NCBI RefSeq assembly: GCF_006345805.1
Contig: NC_042998.1
Span: 113,150,001-113,214,000, forward strand
DNA length: 64,000 bases
Direction: 5' to 3'
From: Octopus sinensis
Lineage: Eukaryota
The position numbers were made by a program, and so were the translations under genes. The notes under the pieces were generated by a model that was given only the letters and a program-made list of their open reading frames with translations, was not told the origin of the DNA and ran no database searches. Shown here in pieces: positions 39,110 through 51,700 of the stretch. Numbering within the stretch: position 1 is the stretch's first letter; every line of letters begins with the position of its first letter.

Positions 39110-39825
39110 AGGCACATGGCTAAATGGCTAAGGGTCTCAGGCTTACAATCACGAGGTGAGTTTTGATTCCGAAACTGGACTGTGTGTTGTGTTCTTGAGC
39201 AAGACACTTTATTCAGCTGTAGAAATGAGTTGTCACATCATTGGTGCCAAGCTGTATCAGCGTTTATCTTTCCCTTGGACAACATCAGTAGTCTGCTTGC
39301 CCGGAGTTGTGCCTCAGAAGAGAACATCCTAGGTGCAATCCTATGGTCATTCTTGACCAAAGGAGATTGTTACCCTTTGAATATATGTATGTGTATACAC
39401 ACACACTCACAGTTTTGACATCCTTTTTTCCATGCTAGCATGAATTGGACAAATACATATTGAGGCATTGTTTCTACTACCAGATATCTTTTTTTTTTAT
39501 CTTTCCTTGTTTTCACATCATGATTTTTTTCTATTCCATTTGCTATAAATGGTTGTTGATTCAATGGTTTTAATTAGAATACATGCTGTTCCCTCTGAAT
39601 ACACACACCTTATGTATGCACATTCTTTTATTTATTTTCTGCCATTTGACTACAACCATGCTGAGTCTCCAAATGGAAGCCTTTCAGTTGATTATATTGA
39701 CCTCAGTACTTGTTTGAAATCTAGCACTCATTCTATTGGTTTCTTTTTGCCAGACTGCTGAGTTACAGGGACATAAAACAAACCAGAACCAGTTGACAAG
39801 CAGAGATACAAACACAAAAATGCAC

Positions 39826-39856
<31 letters not shown>

Positions 39857-40030
39857 AACATAAATGTAATGGGTGGCCACTCAGTTTCTGTCTACCAGTT
39901 TCACGCACAAGGTATGGGTTGGCCCGGAACTTTAGTAGGAGACACTTGCCCCCCAAGGTGCTGTGCACAATGGGATTGAACCCAAAATGACATGATTATG
40001 AAATGAACTTCTTAACCACATCTATACCTA
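39110..40030. mobile_element. Two oppositely oriented decayed SINE copies
   Basis: Plus-strand head ggctaaatggctaag...cttgagcaagacac at 39110-39330; minus copy 39600-40030 (caaggtgctgtgcac...gggattgaaccc). Confidence 0.65.
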
Positions 40031-40363
40031 CATGCACATACACACACACATATACACTTATATACTTATTCAGATACACACAAATAGTTGGAGCAAGATC
40101 AAGACTGTTCAGTAGATGTGGTAGCACAGCAAAGTTAGCAGCTTGAATTGTTGAAATAGAAACGGTAACAGTGTGTATGAAAATATTCTTATAACGACAT
40201 AAGTGTTATGTTTCAAAACTTTTGCTTTTTTTTCTTCTGATACTTGTTCACTGTAGCAGTCGGCATCCAACTTGGTAGCATTGTCAACAAAATCCAATAA
40301 GATTACACATCTCAAGCATTTTGAGCTTCTTTGTTGGTTTTCTTCCGGACAACTTTTACTCAC

Positions 40364-40381
40364 TGGATGGTCTCTTAGTGT
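40364..40381 (-). other. Candidate 18-nt micro-exon (TLRDHP or xTKRPS)
   Basis: Minus strand ctctgttgtccctttatatcccag|ACACTAAGAGACCATCCA|gtgagt: strong acceptor, consensus donor, frame-preserving length, unique sequence. Confidence 0.4.
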
Positions 40382-41261
40382 CTGGGATATAAAGGGACAA
40401 CAGAGTTTTGTCTTGTGTTAAGACTTTTGATTGAAATTATAAATAAATGGAAAATAGTTGCGCAATTGTGCTAAGTTTGTAAATTGCTGGTACAGTAGTT
40501 AATGTTTCATTCCATTAATTTACTGGTTAACCCCTTTTGATACCAGCCCGCCTGAAACCACCCGCTGGTTCCATAAAGCAAACTCCTTTGTCAGAACTTT
40601 ATGTTAATTTATATTACAAACACCTGCTTAATAATGACAGTTATTTTAATAACTTCTTTATTATTTTCAAAATTAATTAGAATAAAGATTTTGTAATTCA
40701 GAAATATAGTTTAAAAAAGCATTAAAAAGGTTGAAATAGACATTGAAAATAATTTTTCTCTGTTAATATTGTGAACTTTGCCAAATACTAATAGTGAACC
40801 ACTTTGAAAGTAATCACACACCAATTTATCACTTTTCTACTTCAGTTTTTATTAAATATTCTGTAACATTTCCCTGAATGTTTTGTTATCCAGACTTTTT
40901 CTTCAGCACTTAGAGACATTCTCTCACCTTCAAATTATCCAACTCAGTATTTCACCATGTAGTAAGGCAGTGAGCTGGCAGGATTGTTAGCAATCTCGGT
41001 AAAATGCATAGCGACATTTCATCCATCAGTACATTCTGAGTTCAAATTCTGTTGAGGTCAACTTTGCCTTTCATCATTTCAAGGGCAATAAAATACCAGT
41101 TGAGTATTGAGGTCAATATAATCGACTTACTCCTCCCCTGAAATTGCTGGCTTTGGGCCAAAATTTGAAGCCAATATTTTACAGTGTAGTATATAATGAG
41201 TTGTTTATTGAAGTTGTCTAAACATCCCTCCTAATTGTTTTAGTGTCCAATACTTGCTATT

Positions 41262-41296
<35 letters not shown>

Positions 41297-44200
41297 TTTA
41301 AAGTAAATTATTTTATATTTTTCTATAATTGGCTATTTATGTTATAAATGATGCAAGGATACTATTTCAATGTAGGTCAAGTATTTATTGCACCAACCAC
41401 ATAGATGCACACATATACTTTACTGTCACATATGCATACACACACACACATTTGTTACATATGTACACATACATACATTGATTTGACACTTGCACATACA
41501 ACTCCATTAGTCTTAACTATGAATGTAGCATTTTGTGGTTTAATTTCCCACATGTTAGATTCCCATTTTATTCTACTTCCCCTTCATCTCTTCACATTTG
41601 TAAATGAAGCCTCAAGTCACCATTACCTACATATTGTAAACAAGAGATCATCTTAGAGGATATCCGCCAGCAGATGTCAACATCAGCAACAGGCACTAAT
41701 TGTAATATGAGTGTAGGTGTGTGTACAAGCATTATAATTAGTAACATCAGGTTCTAACCCACCTTGTACAAGTATTTTCTAGTATAGCCTTGAGCCAACT
41801 AATACTGCCTTGTGAATGAAACTGGTAAACAAAAACTATAAGGAAGATGTGATATATATAATGGACTCTCCCGTTGAAGATGATGTATGAGTGTTCAACT
41901 CATTTACTTATAGTGATCAAGTGTATGTGCTTGACATTAGCTCACTCCCTCCATCAAATCGATGTTGCCTGAACATATTTATCAGGTGTGCACATGTACA
42001 TGCAAATGTTAAACAATGATGATGTTGTTCCCATGAGTTAATGAGTTAGTTTTTTTACATGGCATTTCATGTTGCAATTCTTCATTCTCTCCCTTGTGAG
42101 AGTCAGTATTCTGAGATCAACCTCATCAGATCTACCATGCTTTCGTAATCTATCACTTTCTTTACTCATTATGTGATGTCCATACCACCAGTTATCAGTC
42201 TTGCTCACTACAGCAGGTATCTGTAATATCCAGTTTTTTCAAGAAAGTAGGGTGTGTTTCAAGGAGGTATGGTTGCTATTTGTCAGGTTGAACTGGTGCT
42301 AGAAATAGCATCCAATTCTCCTTCTGATCTCACTCTGTTATCTTAAAACAAAAGGTACATCTTGGATAATGCATCTTTGATCAATCATAGGTTTACTCAA
42401 ACAGAGCAGTCCTGAATCTAAATGAAATGTACAGCTTTATGTACAAAGGTAACAATTGATTAAGTAGTTGGGTATATTGTTTATGAAATCATATGATTTA
42501 TCAGAGCAAATATTTAATAACTGAATTTATCTTCCTACAGTCAACACTTCCTCTAACTGGTTGCTTGGCCTGTTAGAAATAATAGCAAAATCTCCCTTAA
42601 ATTGTACCCTAGCATACACTGGGCAGTGTTGTCCTTCATATACAAAAAAAAAAAAAAAAAAAAAAAACGCTTACAGCTGGTTCAGTCAGGTTTGACCTGG
42701 ACTAAGGCATAGTTGTGTGGTTAAGAAGCTCTCTTTGCAATCACATGATTTTAGCTCAATTCTGTTGCATAGCAACTTTGCCAATTTTGCTTTCTTCCAC
42801 AGTCTTGTAAATGAAATTTGATAAACAGAAATTGTATGGAAGGCTGTCAGAGTGATTGTTCTTGAGTTCTAGGCTTAATCCTTTTGGTACAAACTTGCCT
42901 GAGAACATTCTAGTTCTGATGTAAAAATACCAATTTAAAGTATTGAAATTATGTCTTCTATCATAATTTTATGCAAGTACAAAATTTCATTTCAAATAAC
43001 AAATAATAACAATTGCATTGAACTGAATTAGTAATGTATTTTGTTAAAATGTGGACATTTTAAAGGATTAATCTGTGGTCCATATTTAACACCACCTGAC
43101 CCACAATTATTCCTTTAGTTGAGTCGGCCCACTCTATTGCAAAGCATTTGAGCTAGATCTCTGTTCTAAGGACAACTTCTCTCCCATTCGCCTTCCAATC
43201 CTTGAAAAAGCTTGATGGGTGCTATATTTCTGAGTAAAATAAAAAAAAAACACCCTCCAATGACAATAACAGTAGTGACAGTCATTTTGTTTTTTTAATT
43301 TGTGTACATCTATAACATTTGAGTGCAACCATTTTATGGAACAACAGTGATAAAACTGCCTTCTTGTGTATAATTTTAAATTCTAGTCATAGATCCACAA
43401 TTAGGAAGGAATTAAAAATAAGTGAATTAAAAATAAGTGCCAGTTGTGAATTGAACCCTATCTTTTTCTTGATTTCTAAATTAACCATTAACTTCAAGCC
43501 AATGCAGGTAACTTCTACAGTCTCTTGCTAGAAAATCTCCTTCATATCATCCATTTCTACTGTCTTCACATTTTAGTATTTAAATCAGCCATATCTGGCC
43601 CAAGTAGTCTGAATGCTAAAGGGTTAAAGGTAAGGATTTGTTGAATAATTTAGTCCTAGATGTGTCAGAATTAAAGGTAGGACAGTCATAGTTGGAATAC
43701 TTTTAATCGTAGGTCCTACTCAATTGAGAATTTACCTGATGCTAAATAATAACAAATATACATCTGTAAAGTTTGTCACTGATTAAAAGCATCGAGCTTT
43801 TGCTGTAAAGACATTTCACATTTCTAATTTGGTAAATGAATTTTGACAAGTTATTGAACTACATCCAAAACATTTGTAACTGGAGATTCTAATCCTTGTT
43901 AAGTATATAAAATCAATTATTATAGATTAGTAATTATACTAAAAAGAAAATGGGATTGAGATGCTCATTTGTCTCTGTTTTCTCTCTGTGTTTCTCTCTA
44001 AACACCAACCCACAATACTTCAGCCCTGCTAGTTATGTCTGTATGACTCCATCTCAGAAGACTGAAAAATAATTTAAGACTTCTCTCAGATCAGGGGTGG
44101 GGAGTAGAGTTGTTACTTACTCCAATGGCTTCTGCTCAAGTAGTCATGTGATTAAAGGCTTTCATACCTGTCTTATTCTTTTAATGTCATAAGATGTATT

Positions 44201-44502
44201 TTCTAACAAGTAGAACAACTCATCAATTTTCTTTTATTGGTTCAAAAAGAAAAAATTGCGTAAAATTAAGTTGGCATTTTTTCCTCTTAAAAGTTGAAAT
44301 ATTTGTTAAATATAACATATTTAGTGAAATTAAAAAGTTGATCTTTTGTTAATTTTCATAATGGAAGAAAGAACAGTTGTAGAAGTAATGCACTAGCATG
44401 ACCTTAACTGGCTTAAAGAACATTTTATTTCAAGCCTTTTGATAGATTTTTTTTACTTTCTACTTCAGTATTTATGTATCATGAAAGATGGAAATGACAA
44501 AT

Positions 44503-44756
44503 CAGTGGTTTTCAACTGGTTCACATGACCCTTGGTGGGGTCCATAGAAAATTTTATTGTTAAAGTTTATGTGCAAGAAGTTGGTTATATTTTTACAATA
44601 CACAAAATATTCTATTTTTTAATACAATTCTTAATAATATCTAATTATAAGAATATAATACAATTTTTTTGTAAAACATTGAATGGTTATGTGGGTCCAG
44701 TAGAGTAAAATAGGAATCAAAGGGGCCCATAAGCAAAAACTGGTTGAGAAACACTA
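44503..44756. mobile_element. hAT (Charlie-like) MITE
   Basis: TIR cagtggttttcaac / gttgagaaacacta. Confidence 0.65.
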
Positions 44757-45144
44757 ATGTAAATAGTAATAGAGACTGTTGCTTTGTAATAGCTAGTGCT
44801 GCTGGTGTTATTGTTGCTCAGTCCCAGGTCAACCCTGACAGAACAGGCTTTTAGATGTTCTAACCATGACTTTCTTGCTTTTCAAAGATTTGTAGGACTA
44901 CATATATTATCCAGTGGTATGGTTTAATTTGATGAAGGTTTGGCTGTTATTTCTAGTAGGTCAAATAACTATGTATAGGCTCCATCAGTGATATAGCTAG
45001 TTCAATGCTTCACCTTTCTCAATAAAAATTTCACATAATCTTCAGTGCTGAAGTTTATTTTAGCTCTCTCGGGACGGCTGTAATTGATTAACCCCATCTC
45101 TTCAAACTTGGTAGCCTTGTGTCTAAATTCGAAAGAATTTAAGA

Positions 45145-45900
45145 GCATCATCATTATGTTTTGCCTTTCCTTTAATTTACACAAGCTGCACTCGAGTCTC
45201 AACCAGAGACAACAGGTGAGGTGTAATGCAATTGATAAAACTAGTGACTGTGTTGTATGAAAGAAATCTCTGTAAAATTTATAAGACTGAATGAATGAGA
45301 TGGTATTTACATGAAGAGGAATTTATTTAAAATATGAAAGGTAACCTATAAATATACTCTTTCGCTATTCATTTATTTTGGGGATGCCAGGAATTTGGTC
45401 TACATATTTGTTTACTCCTTTTGATAAAATTTCAAGTGCCTCAATAACAATAGGTAAATGTTGTTGCTTTAGGATGCCACATTCTTCTGATTTCTATTCT
45501 CCAAGTCCTTTTGCTCAATTTCTTGTTTTCAGAGGTGTAATTTTGTTAGTTGGGGCTGCAACATCCAAGTCTTTGCTACTTGATTTTTCACAACGATATC
45601 TAGTCAGCAGCAGCAGTAGTCGTTATTGTTGAGGTGGTAGTGATAACTGAAGATTCCTTAGGTTGAAAAAAGTTCTCCATCATATCCTCTATTCCTACAA
45701 ATTTTTAGAAAAGGAGCAAACATCGCCCATTAATTTTGCAGGCCCTTCAACATGTATTGATTGTGATTCTTCTAACTCTAATCTTCAATAATAATAGGTA
45801 GAAGTATCTCATTAATTATTGAAATTTTGATAGCTATAGTGATTGAGCTTGCTATCAGAAGCTTCAGTTAAAATCCTTTACAGGTGATATATGGCTGCTT
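45145..45900 (-). mobile_element. R4/Dong-like non-LTR retrotransposon 3' remnant (RLE domain and 3'UTR)
   Basis: Minus translation across frameshifts: LDIVVKN...DVAAP...KKLSK...IEIRRMWHPK...PIVIEAL...KGVNKYVDQIPG. The presumed 3'UTR ends in ...ggcaaaacataatgatgatg. Confidence 0.7.
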
Positions 45901-46324
45901 TTTTGATCTGAAAATTATTTTTAAGCTGTTGGCAGCTACAGTAATCAGGGAAATATGATTTCATGTTGTCATATTAAATTTTAAGCTGCTTATCACTTTA
46001 TCTAATTTTTATTAGATTCTCTCTCTCACTCACACTGTTCATTCATTCATTCGTCCATCTATCTATATCATTTATCTCTCCATCTCTCTCACTATCCACT
46101 TTTTTTATATCTCCATGTTATGATTCCACACATTTAAATATCCTGTAAAATGTTGAACCAGGTACCACTCAACTATTTCAACTGGTATAGTAATATCTTT
46201 GTGCCATGAAGTACATTAATATATTTGTAGTTGAGATTAAATATAACATTTGTACCAATATAATTTACTTTCCCCAAAAGTGTTAACTCTATATGACAAA
46301 CCTCCCAAGATTCTTTTACTCTTT

Positions 46325-46680
46325 ACTTGTTTCAGTCATTTGACTGTGGCCATGCTGGAGCACCGCCTTTAGTCGAGGAAATCGACCCCAGGACTTATTC
46401 TTTGCAAGCCTAGTACTTATTCTATTAGTCACTTTTGCCGAACTGCTAATTTACGGGGACGTAAACACACCAACATCGGTTGTCAAGCGATGTTGGAGAG
46501 ACAAACACATACATATATACGACGGGCTTCTTTCAGTTTCCGTCTACCAAATCCACTCACAAGGCTTTGGTCGGCCTGAGGCTATCGTTGAAGACATTTG
46601 TTCAAGGTGCCATGCAGTGAGACTGAACCTGGAACCATGTGGTTGGTAAGCAAGCTACTTACCACACAGTCACTCCTATG
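46325..46680 (-). mobile_element. Well-preserved tRNA-derived SINE
   Basis: Reverse complement of gtggtaagtagcttgctt...ccatgtggttccaggttcagt...tggatttggtagacggaaactg...gcagtcaaatgactgaaacaagtaaa. Confidence 0.9.
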
Positions 46681-47699
46681 CTCAAGACTCTGTGATATGG
46701 CCCTCTTATTTTAAAATGATCATACTTAAATTAAAACCTTCCATCATAAAATTATGTTGGAAACTTTTTAAGTACTACATTATCTAATGTAGTATGTTAC
46801 ATATGCCCTCTCTTGCCTTCAATTTCTTCAAACCCCAGACTAATCAAAGTCATCAGTCATATTCCCTACATGTAATTATACATGGCCTCCTAGAAATATA
46901 TGTGCAATACTCACCCCTTTCAAAAGAAAAAAAAATACCAAACAGTTTAATACTAAGCTTACTAAACTCCCTCCAAATTCTAGATTGCTCAAAATGAACT
47001 GATTTTAAAAGTACTTAGTACAGAGCTAGATCTGATTGCGAAGGGTTATTACATTAGAAAAAGTCGGAATGGGGAATGAGTAAAGGCAGATATTTTCTGT
47101 TTGAATTCTGCTGAGGTTGAATTTGCTTTTTATTTTATCACTAATTATAGGTGTTCTCTATTACTTTATTTTATAATGTTGACAATTTATAAAACCTTCT
47201 AAAATCAGGACTGGACAAATAGAGTATATTGTTGTTGTTTTTATCAGATTCTGACAGGAACTCCTCTACCCCCAACACGACTCATCCATGAAAACCTGAC
47301 TCAAAAATATGAATTATGTTTATATGGTATTCAAAAGTTAGTATTGTGGATAATGTTGGTTTCTTATGTAGTCACAAGATCTCAAATTTAGTGTTGAAGT
47401 AAAACAGTTAATTATATCTGCCTCAGTGCTAGACAGGTTCTTTATTTTATCCAAAGTTGACCTAGTTAGAAATTGAACTCAGAGCTGGAGAAAATACTGC
47501 TAGTGAAGTAGACCTAGATCAAGCACCTTCCTACCATGACCATCATGCTTTTTATTTACTCTAGCTAGTATACTTTTGTGAAGATAGTAGTGCAATTTGG
47601 CTGTTATTTCTAGCAAGTCATGGTCTCTTATTAGTTCACAAAGTTTCTGAGGTTTCCGGACGGAAGTGGTTGTAATGATGACAGTAAGTATTGTCGCTA

Positions 47700-48060
47700 A
47701 TTCTGTATATAGGTTATTTGTATTAACTGAAGCTTTTGTTTAGTGCTAGATTTCAATGTTTCTGAATGTGTTAAAAATGATTCCTTGATTTATTTAATGA
47801 GAAATCTAGAAACATTGAACTACTCTTTCTTATTTATCACTCTTCATAGCTGTATTGTGGATCACGTTCTTTTTGTAAGAATTTGTTAGAGATGAAGGTT
47901 ATCTTTAAGTAGTGTCAATGTAGGTGTCTGATATAGGTTTCTTAGCTGTGTAGTTAAGCATCATGTATTGTGTGAATAATACACAAAGAACATTATAGAA
48001 AAAAGTGGATGATGTATGGAATTTGACAATATTGATACAAGTAAGTGTGCAGATGATTCT
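47700..48060 (-). mobile_element. Possible Penelope-like RT remnant
   Basis: Weak, heavily decayed similarity (...SSMFLD...). By eye only. Confidence 0.3.
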
Positions 48061-48372
48061 CAGTGTTTTAAGTATATCTTTGTGATCTTGCCTGGCCCTG
48101 AGGCTTTTAGATTTCCTTATTACTTTCTGGGTACATGATGGAAAGGAGGGTCAAAATTGTGTTCTGAGTGGATGGTGTGTATTGTTTTGTGTACCAGGTG
48201 TGTCTGTGTAGTTAAGAAATTTGTTGCCCAACTATGGGACCTTAGTTTCAGTCTTATTGTACAGGACCTTGGGCAAGTGTTTTCTACTATAATTCTAGAT
48301 CGACCAAAGCCTTCTGAGTGGATTTGTAAATGGAAACTGAAAGAAAGAAGCCCTTGTATGTATGTATGTGTG

Positions 48373-48426
<54 letters not shown>

Positions 48427-48458
48427 TATATATATATATATATATACATACACACACA

Positions 48459-48675
48459 CAAGGGGGTGCTGAAAAGTTCCTGGCTTTAAGGGTATTGCAA
48501 AATGCCTAATTGGAGGCCCAACCTTCTAAGTTCTTTCACAGGGTTTGGAAAAACTGAAGGACCACTATGATAAGTGTGTGAATCTGAGAGGAGAATATGT
48601 TGAATAAAATCACAATTAACTGATCCTCCTGTATTTTCCTTTACTCAAAGCCTGGAATTTTTCATCACCCCCTCG
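48459..48675. mobile_element. Mariner-type MITE, copy 2
   Basis: caagggggtgctgaaaagttcc / ggaatttttcatcaccccctcg|ta; interior is homologous to 38866-39082. Confidence 0.85.
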
Positions 48676-49588
48676 TATATGTGTGTATGTGTACCTTTGT
48701 CTAGACATCATTTTGATGTTTGTAAATGGGCGTCACAGTCAATACAAACAAGGTTGTTTGTTGCCAGTCTTCTTTGAAAAACATGTCAAGCTATGGGAAA
48801 TATCACCTTGCTTGGAATTGGGTGAGGGTAAGTGACAGGAAGGGCATCTGACTAGAAAATCTACCTCAACCAGTTCCACCTGATCCATGCAAAAGTTGAC
48901 GTTAAACGATGATGATGATGAGCTTCGGCTGATTTTATTACTGTTGTAGTATGAGTATATTGTTTGAAGTTGTTGTCACATGGAGTATGCTGTGGATGTT
49001 ATTGCTGCTAATTATTCTGTAGTGTTGTTCTTTTTCCCTTTTTATTCGTATTGGATACAGATATTTGCCAATTTTTTGCTTTTTCACACCCTTGTCTAGT
49101 TTTATTTCAGTAGTGTGTAAGGTTTGGTGCATTGTTTGAGGTTGTATTTAGTTTATGAGGCTGGTTATTTCTGGTGTGTAATTGCGGTTATATTTTATGA
49201 GGATGCCTTTTTTTTTATGCATCTATAGTTATTTTATTGAATGTATGTATGCAGTGTATATGTTTCGGGATTGTGATGGTGGTTGAATTCTGAAAAATCA
49301 TGATTCTGTTTTTTGACAAGACCCATTCCATAGTACTTTTTTTTTAAGATTATAAAAATGTTTTTGCTTATTTCATTGACGTGCAAGTGCAGTGTAATGA
49401 TAATTAGTAGGTGGTCTGTGGAAAATTAGGGAATTGTTTACCAAGAAGGCATGGGTCTGTGGTTAAAAAAAACTCGCTTTGCAACCACGTGATTTTGAGT
49501 TCGGTCTCATTGCACAGCACTTTGAGCAAGTGTCTTCTGTAGCCCCAAGCCGACCAATGCCTTTAAGTGGATTTGATAGAGGAAACTG

Positions 49589-49858
49589 TGTACTACTTAA
49601 GAGTGGTCCCAGTGTGCGCTCGCGTATCGCGCATCTGCGCTAGCTAGTCGTGACTAGTCGATCCTTACTTTGTGCTTTTGTGTTATTTACTTTGTTTAAA
49701 AAAATTATTTACTTTGTGTTTTGTTTACTTTGTTTTAAAAAATTATTTATTTTGTGTTTAATTTATTTTGCTAGGTAGTCGTTGTAAGATCGACTAGTCA
49801 CGACTAGCTTGCGCGAGTACGCGTGCGCGCATCGGGACCACTCTTTTTAAGTAGTACC
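49589..49858. mobile_element. 270-bp MITE with 8-bp target-site duplication, inserted in a SINE
   Basis: GGAAACTG at 49581-49588 and 49859-49866. TIRs (t/g)gtactacttaa..agagtggtccc, inner inverted block gctagtcgtgactagtcgatc, AT-rich internal repeats. Confidence 0.9.
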
Positions 49859-49999
49859 GGAAACTGCGTGGAAGCTGTGTGTGTGTATATATTTCCACAC
49901 CTCTACGTCTTAATAACTGGTGTTGATATATTTATATCGTTGTAACTTAGTAGTTCAGTAAAGGAGACCAAGAGTATAAGTCCCAGACTTTTAAAATAA

Positions 50000-50330
50000 G
50001 TATTTATAAGTCGATTTCGATAACTGTGTGGCGCATAAGGTAGCGTCTAGAGAAGAGATTTTTAAGTCGGTTTGGTGAGAAGATATGAATTGTTTAGGGT
50101 ATACAAGGAGTTGAGTTTGATGGTACTATATCTGTACTATTTGAAAACCTGGATGTGTTCAATGCATTAAAGTCTTCTGCAATGATGAGGTTTGTGGCGG
50201 TTAAATTCGTAGCAACGCCATTTCGGCTGCTCACATTCCTTGTGACAACAGAGTTCGATTGAAAATCGAATCTGTATAAAATCCAGTGAAAATACCAAAT
50301 AACACAGCTTGACAAACAGCAAGTTTTTTC
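50000..50330 (-). mobile_element. LINE AP-endonuclease remnant
   Basis: LIIAEDFNA (GDFNA motif), then LNNSYLLTKPT and SSLDATLC (S.IDLTL motif) in shifted frames. Confidence 0.55.
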
Positions 50331-51700
50331 AGCGATTCACATGCCAGCAACTTTGCAGGCATACCTTGAAGGCAGGCGCGTCACTTGAAATGTAACTTAG
50401 GTGACGATATAAACAAAGCCAGGCGTAACTTGTATTCTCGCGCGCGCACACACAAAGTTTAAAAAAAAAAAACCGCTTGTTGACAATCTGACTGTAGTTG
50501 AACATAACCTCCTCGCCGCCGCAACCGAAGGAACTATCCCTCGTACATACACTACATAAAAGATATCAATAGTGACATACATTGTGAGGAAAATGTTCTT
50601 GCGCACGCGTATTCATATCGACATACATTATGAGAAGCACGTTCACACATAACTTTCTCGTACGGACGTATTCGTAATTATCATTTATACGCATATCTAC
50701 AATAATAATAATAAAAAAAGACTCAAATCGTTTGAATTATGACCTATTGCATATGAATTTCTTCGTGGATATTCTAATGAACATTACTCTTGTGTGTGTG
50801 TTTGTGTAAATATACATTCTCCTAGTATTGGAATATGAAATTATTGATATGAACTTACACAACTTTGTTAACTTTTAACGTGCATCGTGGACTGAATTAT
50901 TTTTACGTATTATTCTTCACTTATTCACTATGTGCTTTCGTTTTTTATGTATTTATATACTGTTGTGTTTACTCTGTTCTGTATTTGATTTTACTCTGCC
51001 CGTGATCAAAGTAAATTTAAAATTAAATGGATTTTGAAATATGATCATCGTTCTTTCCCGTTTGCAATAACACGCTCTTTCATTAAGCTGCTTCAAAACA
51101 TTTATTTTTCTAAAAGTGGTTGTAGTCGGATTGTGTAACCTATGAGGGTGCTTATTGGTCTTTAGCTTTAAGTGATCCTTGATCAAAAGTGACGAGTGTT
51201 AAATAGAGTAAGATTTAGCTGATCAGGCGATCACGTAGACTTTTTCGTTATCACGTAAACTGTTTCGACGATGGTGTTGTGTGGTACACATATACGAGAG
51301 CGCGTTAATGATAAAAGTTTTGTGTTGCTTTTTTTTTTTTTTTTTTTTTTGAAAGAATGCGTTTCAGTTTTCTTTCGGTTTGTCATCACAGATAGAAAGT
51401 GGAAAATTACCATAAAGACATCAGTTTTGATATTTTGAGGGAAGGGATAAAAAATGTTTTCCCCAGAAATGTAATCTCCATGTTTTAAGTGTGCCCCACC
51501 CCTCAAAAAAAAAAACAAAACAAAAAAAAAAGAATCGGAGTGATGATGAGAAGAAAAGCAAAGAATATGTGTTTGTAAAATCGTAACCGTAAAAGTTTTG
51601 TATTTGGGGCGCGTACCTTTTTGGACACGCTTGCTTGGATCATAATAACAATAAACGTGTCTGTTTCCACGTACAGTTTAATTGAGCATATCTTGAATAA
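50330..51700. promoter_or_regulatory. Second CpG-rich promoter-like region
   Basis: cgcgcgcg, cgccgccg and tgcgcacgcgt runs, two tcacgta motifs, and a minus-strand donor aag|gtatgc near 50364, at the right border of the CpG-poor domain. Confidence 0.4.

Noticed and set aside
45186-45215. 30-nt plus-strand exon with excellent splice sites as a host exon
   Set aside because: Falls in the antisense of the presumed R4/Dong 3'UTR; kept only as possible exonisation.
50094-50315. N-glycosylation-rich ORF as an extracellular host exon
   Set aside because: Better explained as an AP-endonuclease remnant (xDFNA and S.LD.TL motifs).
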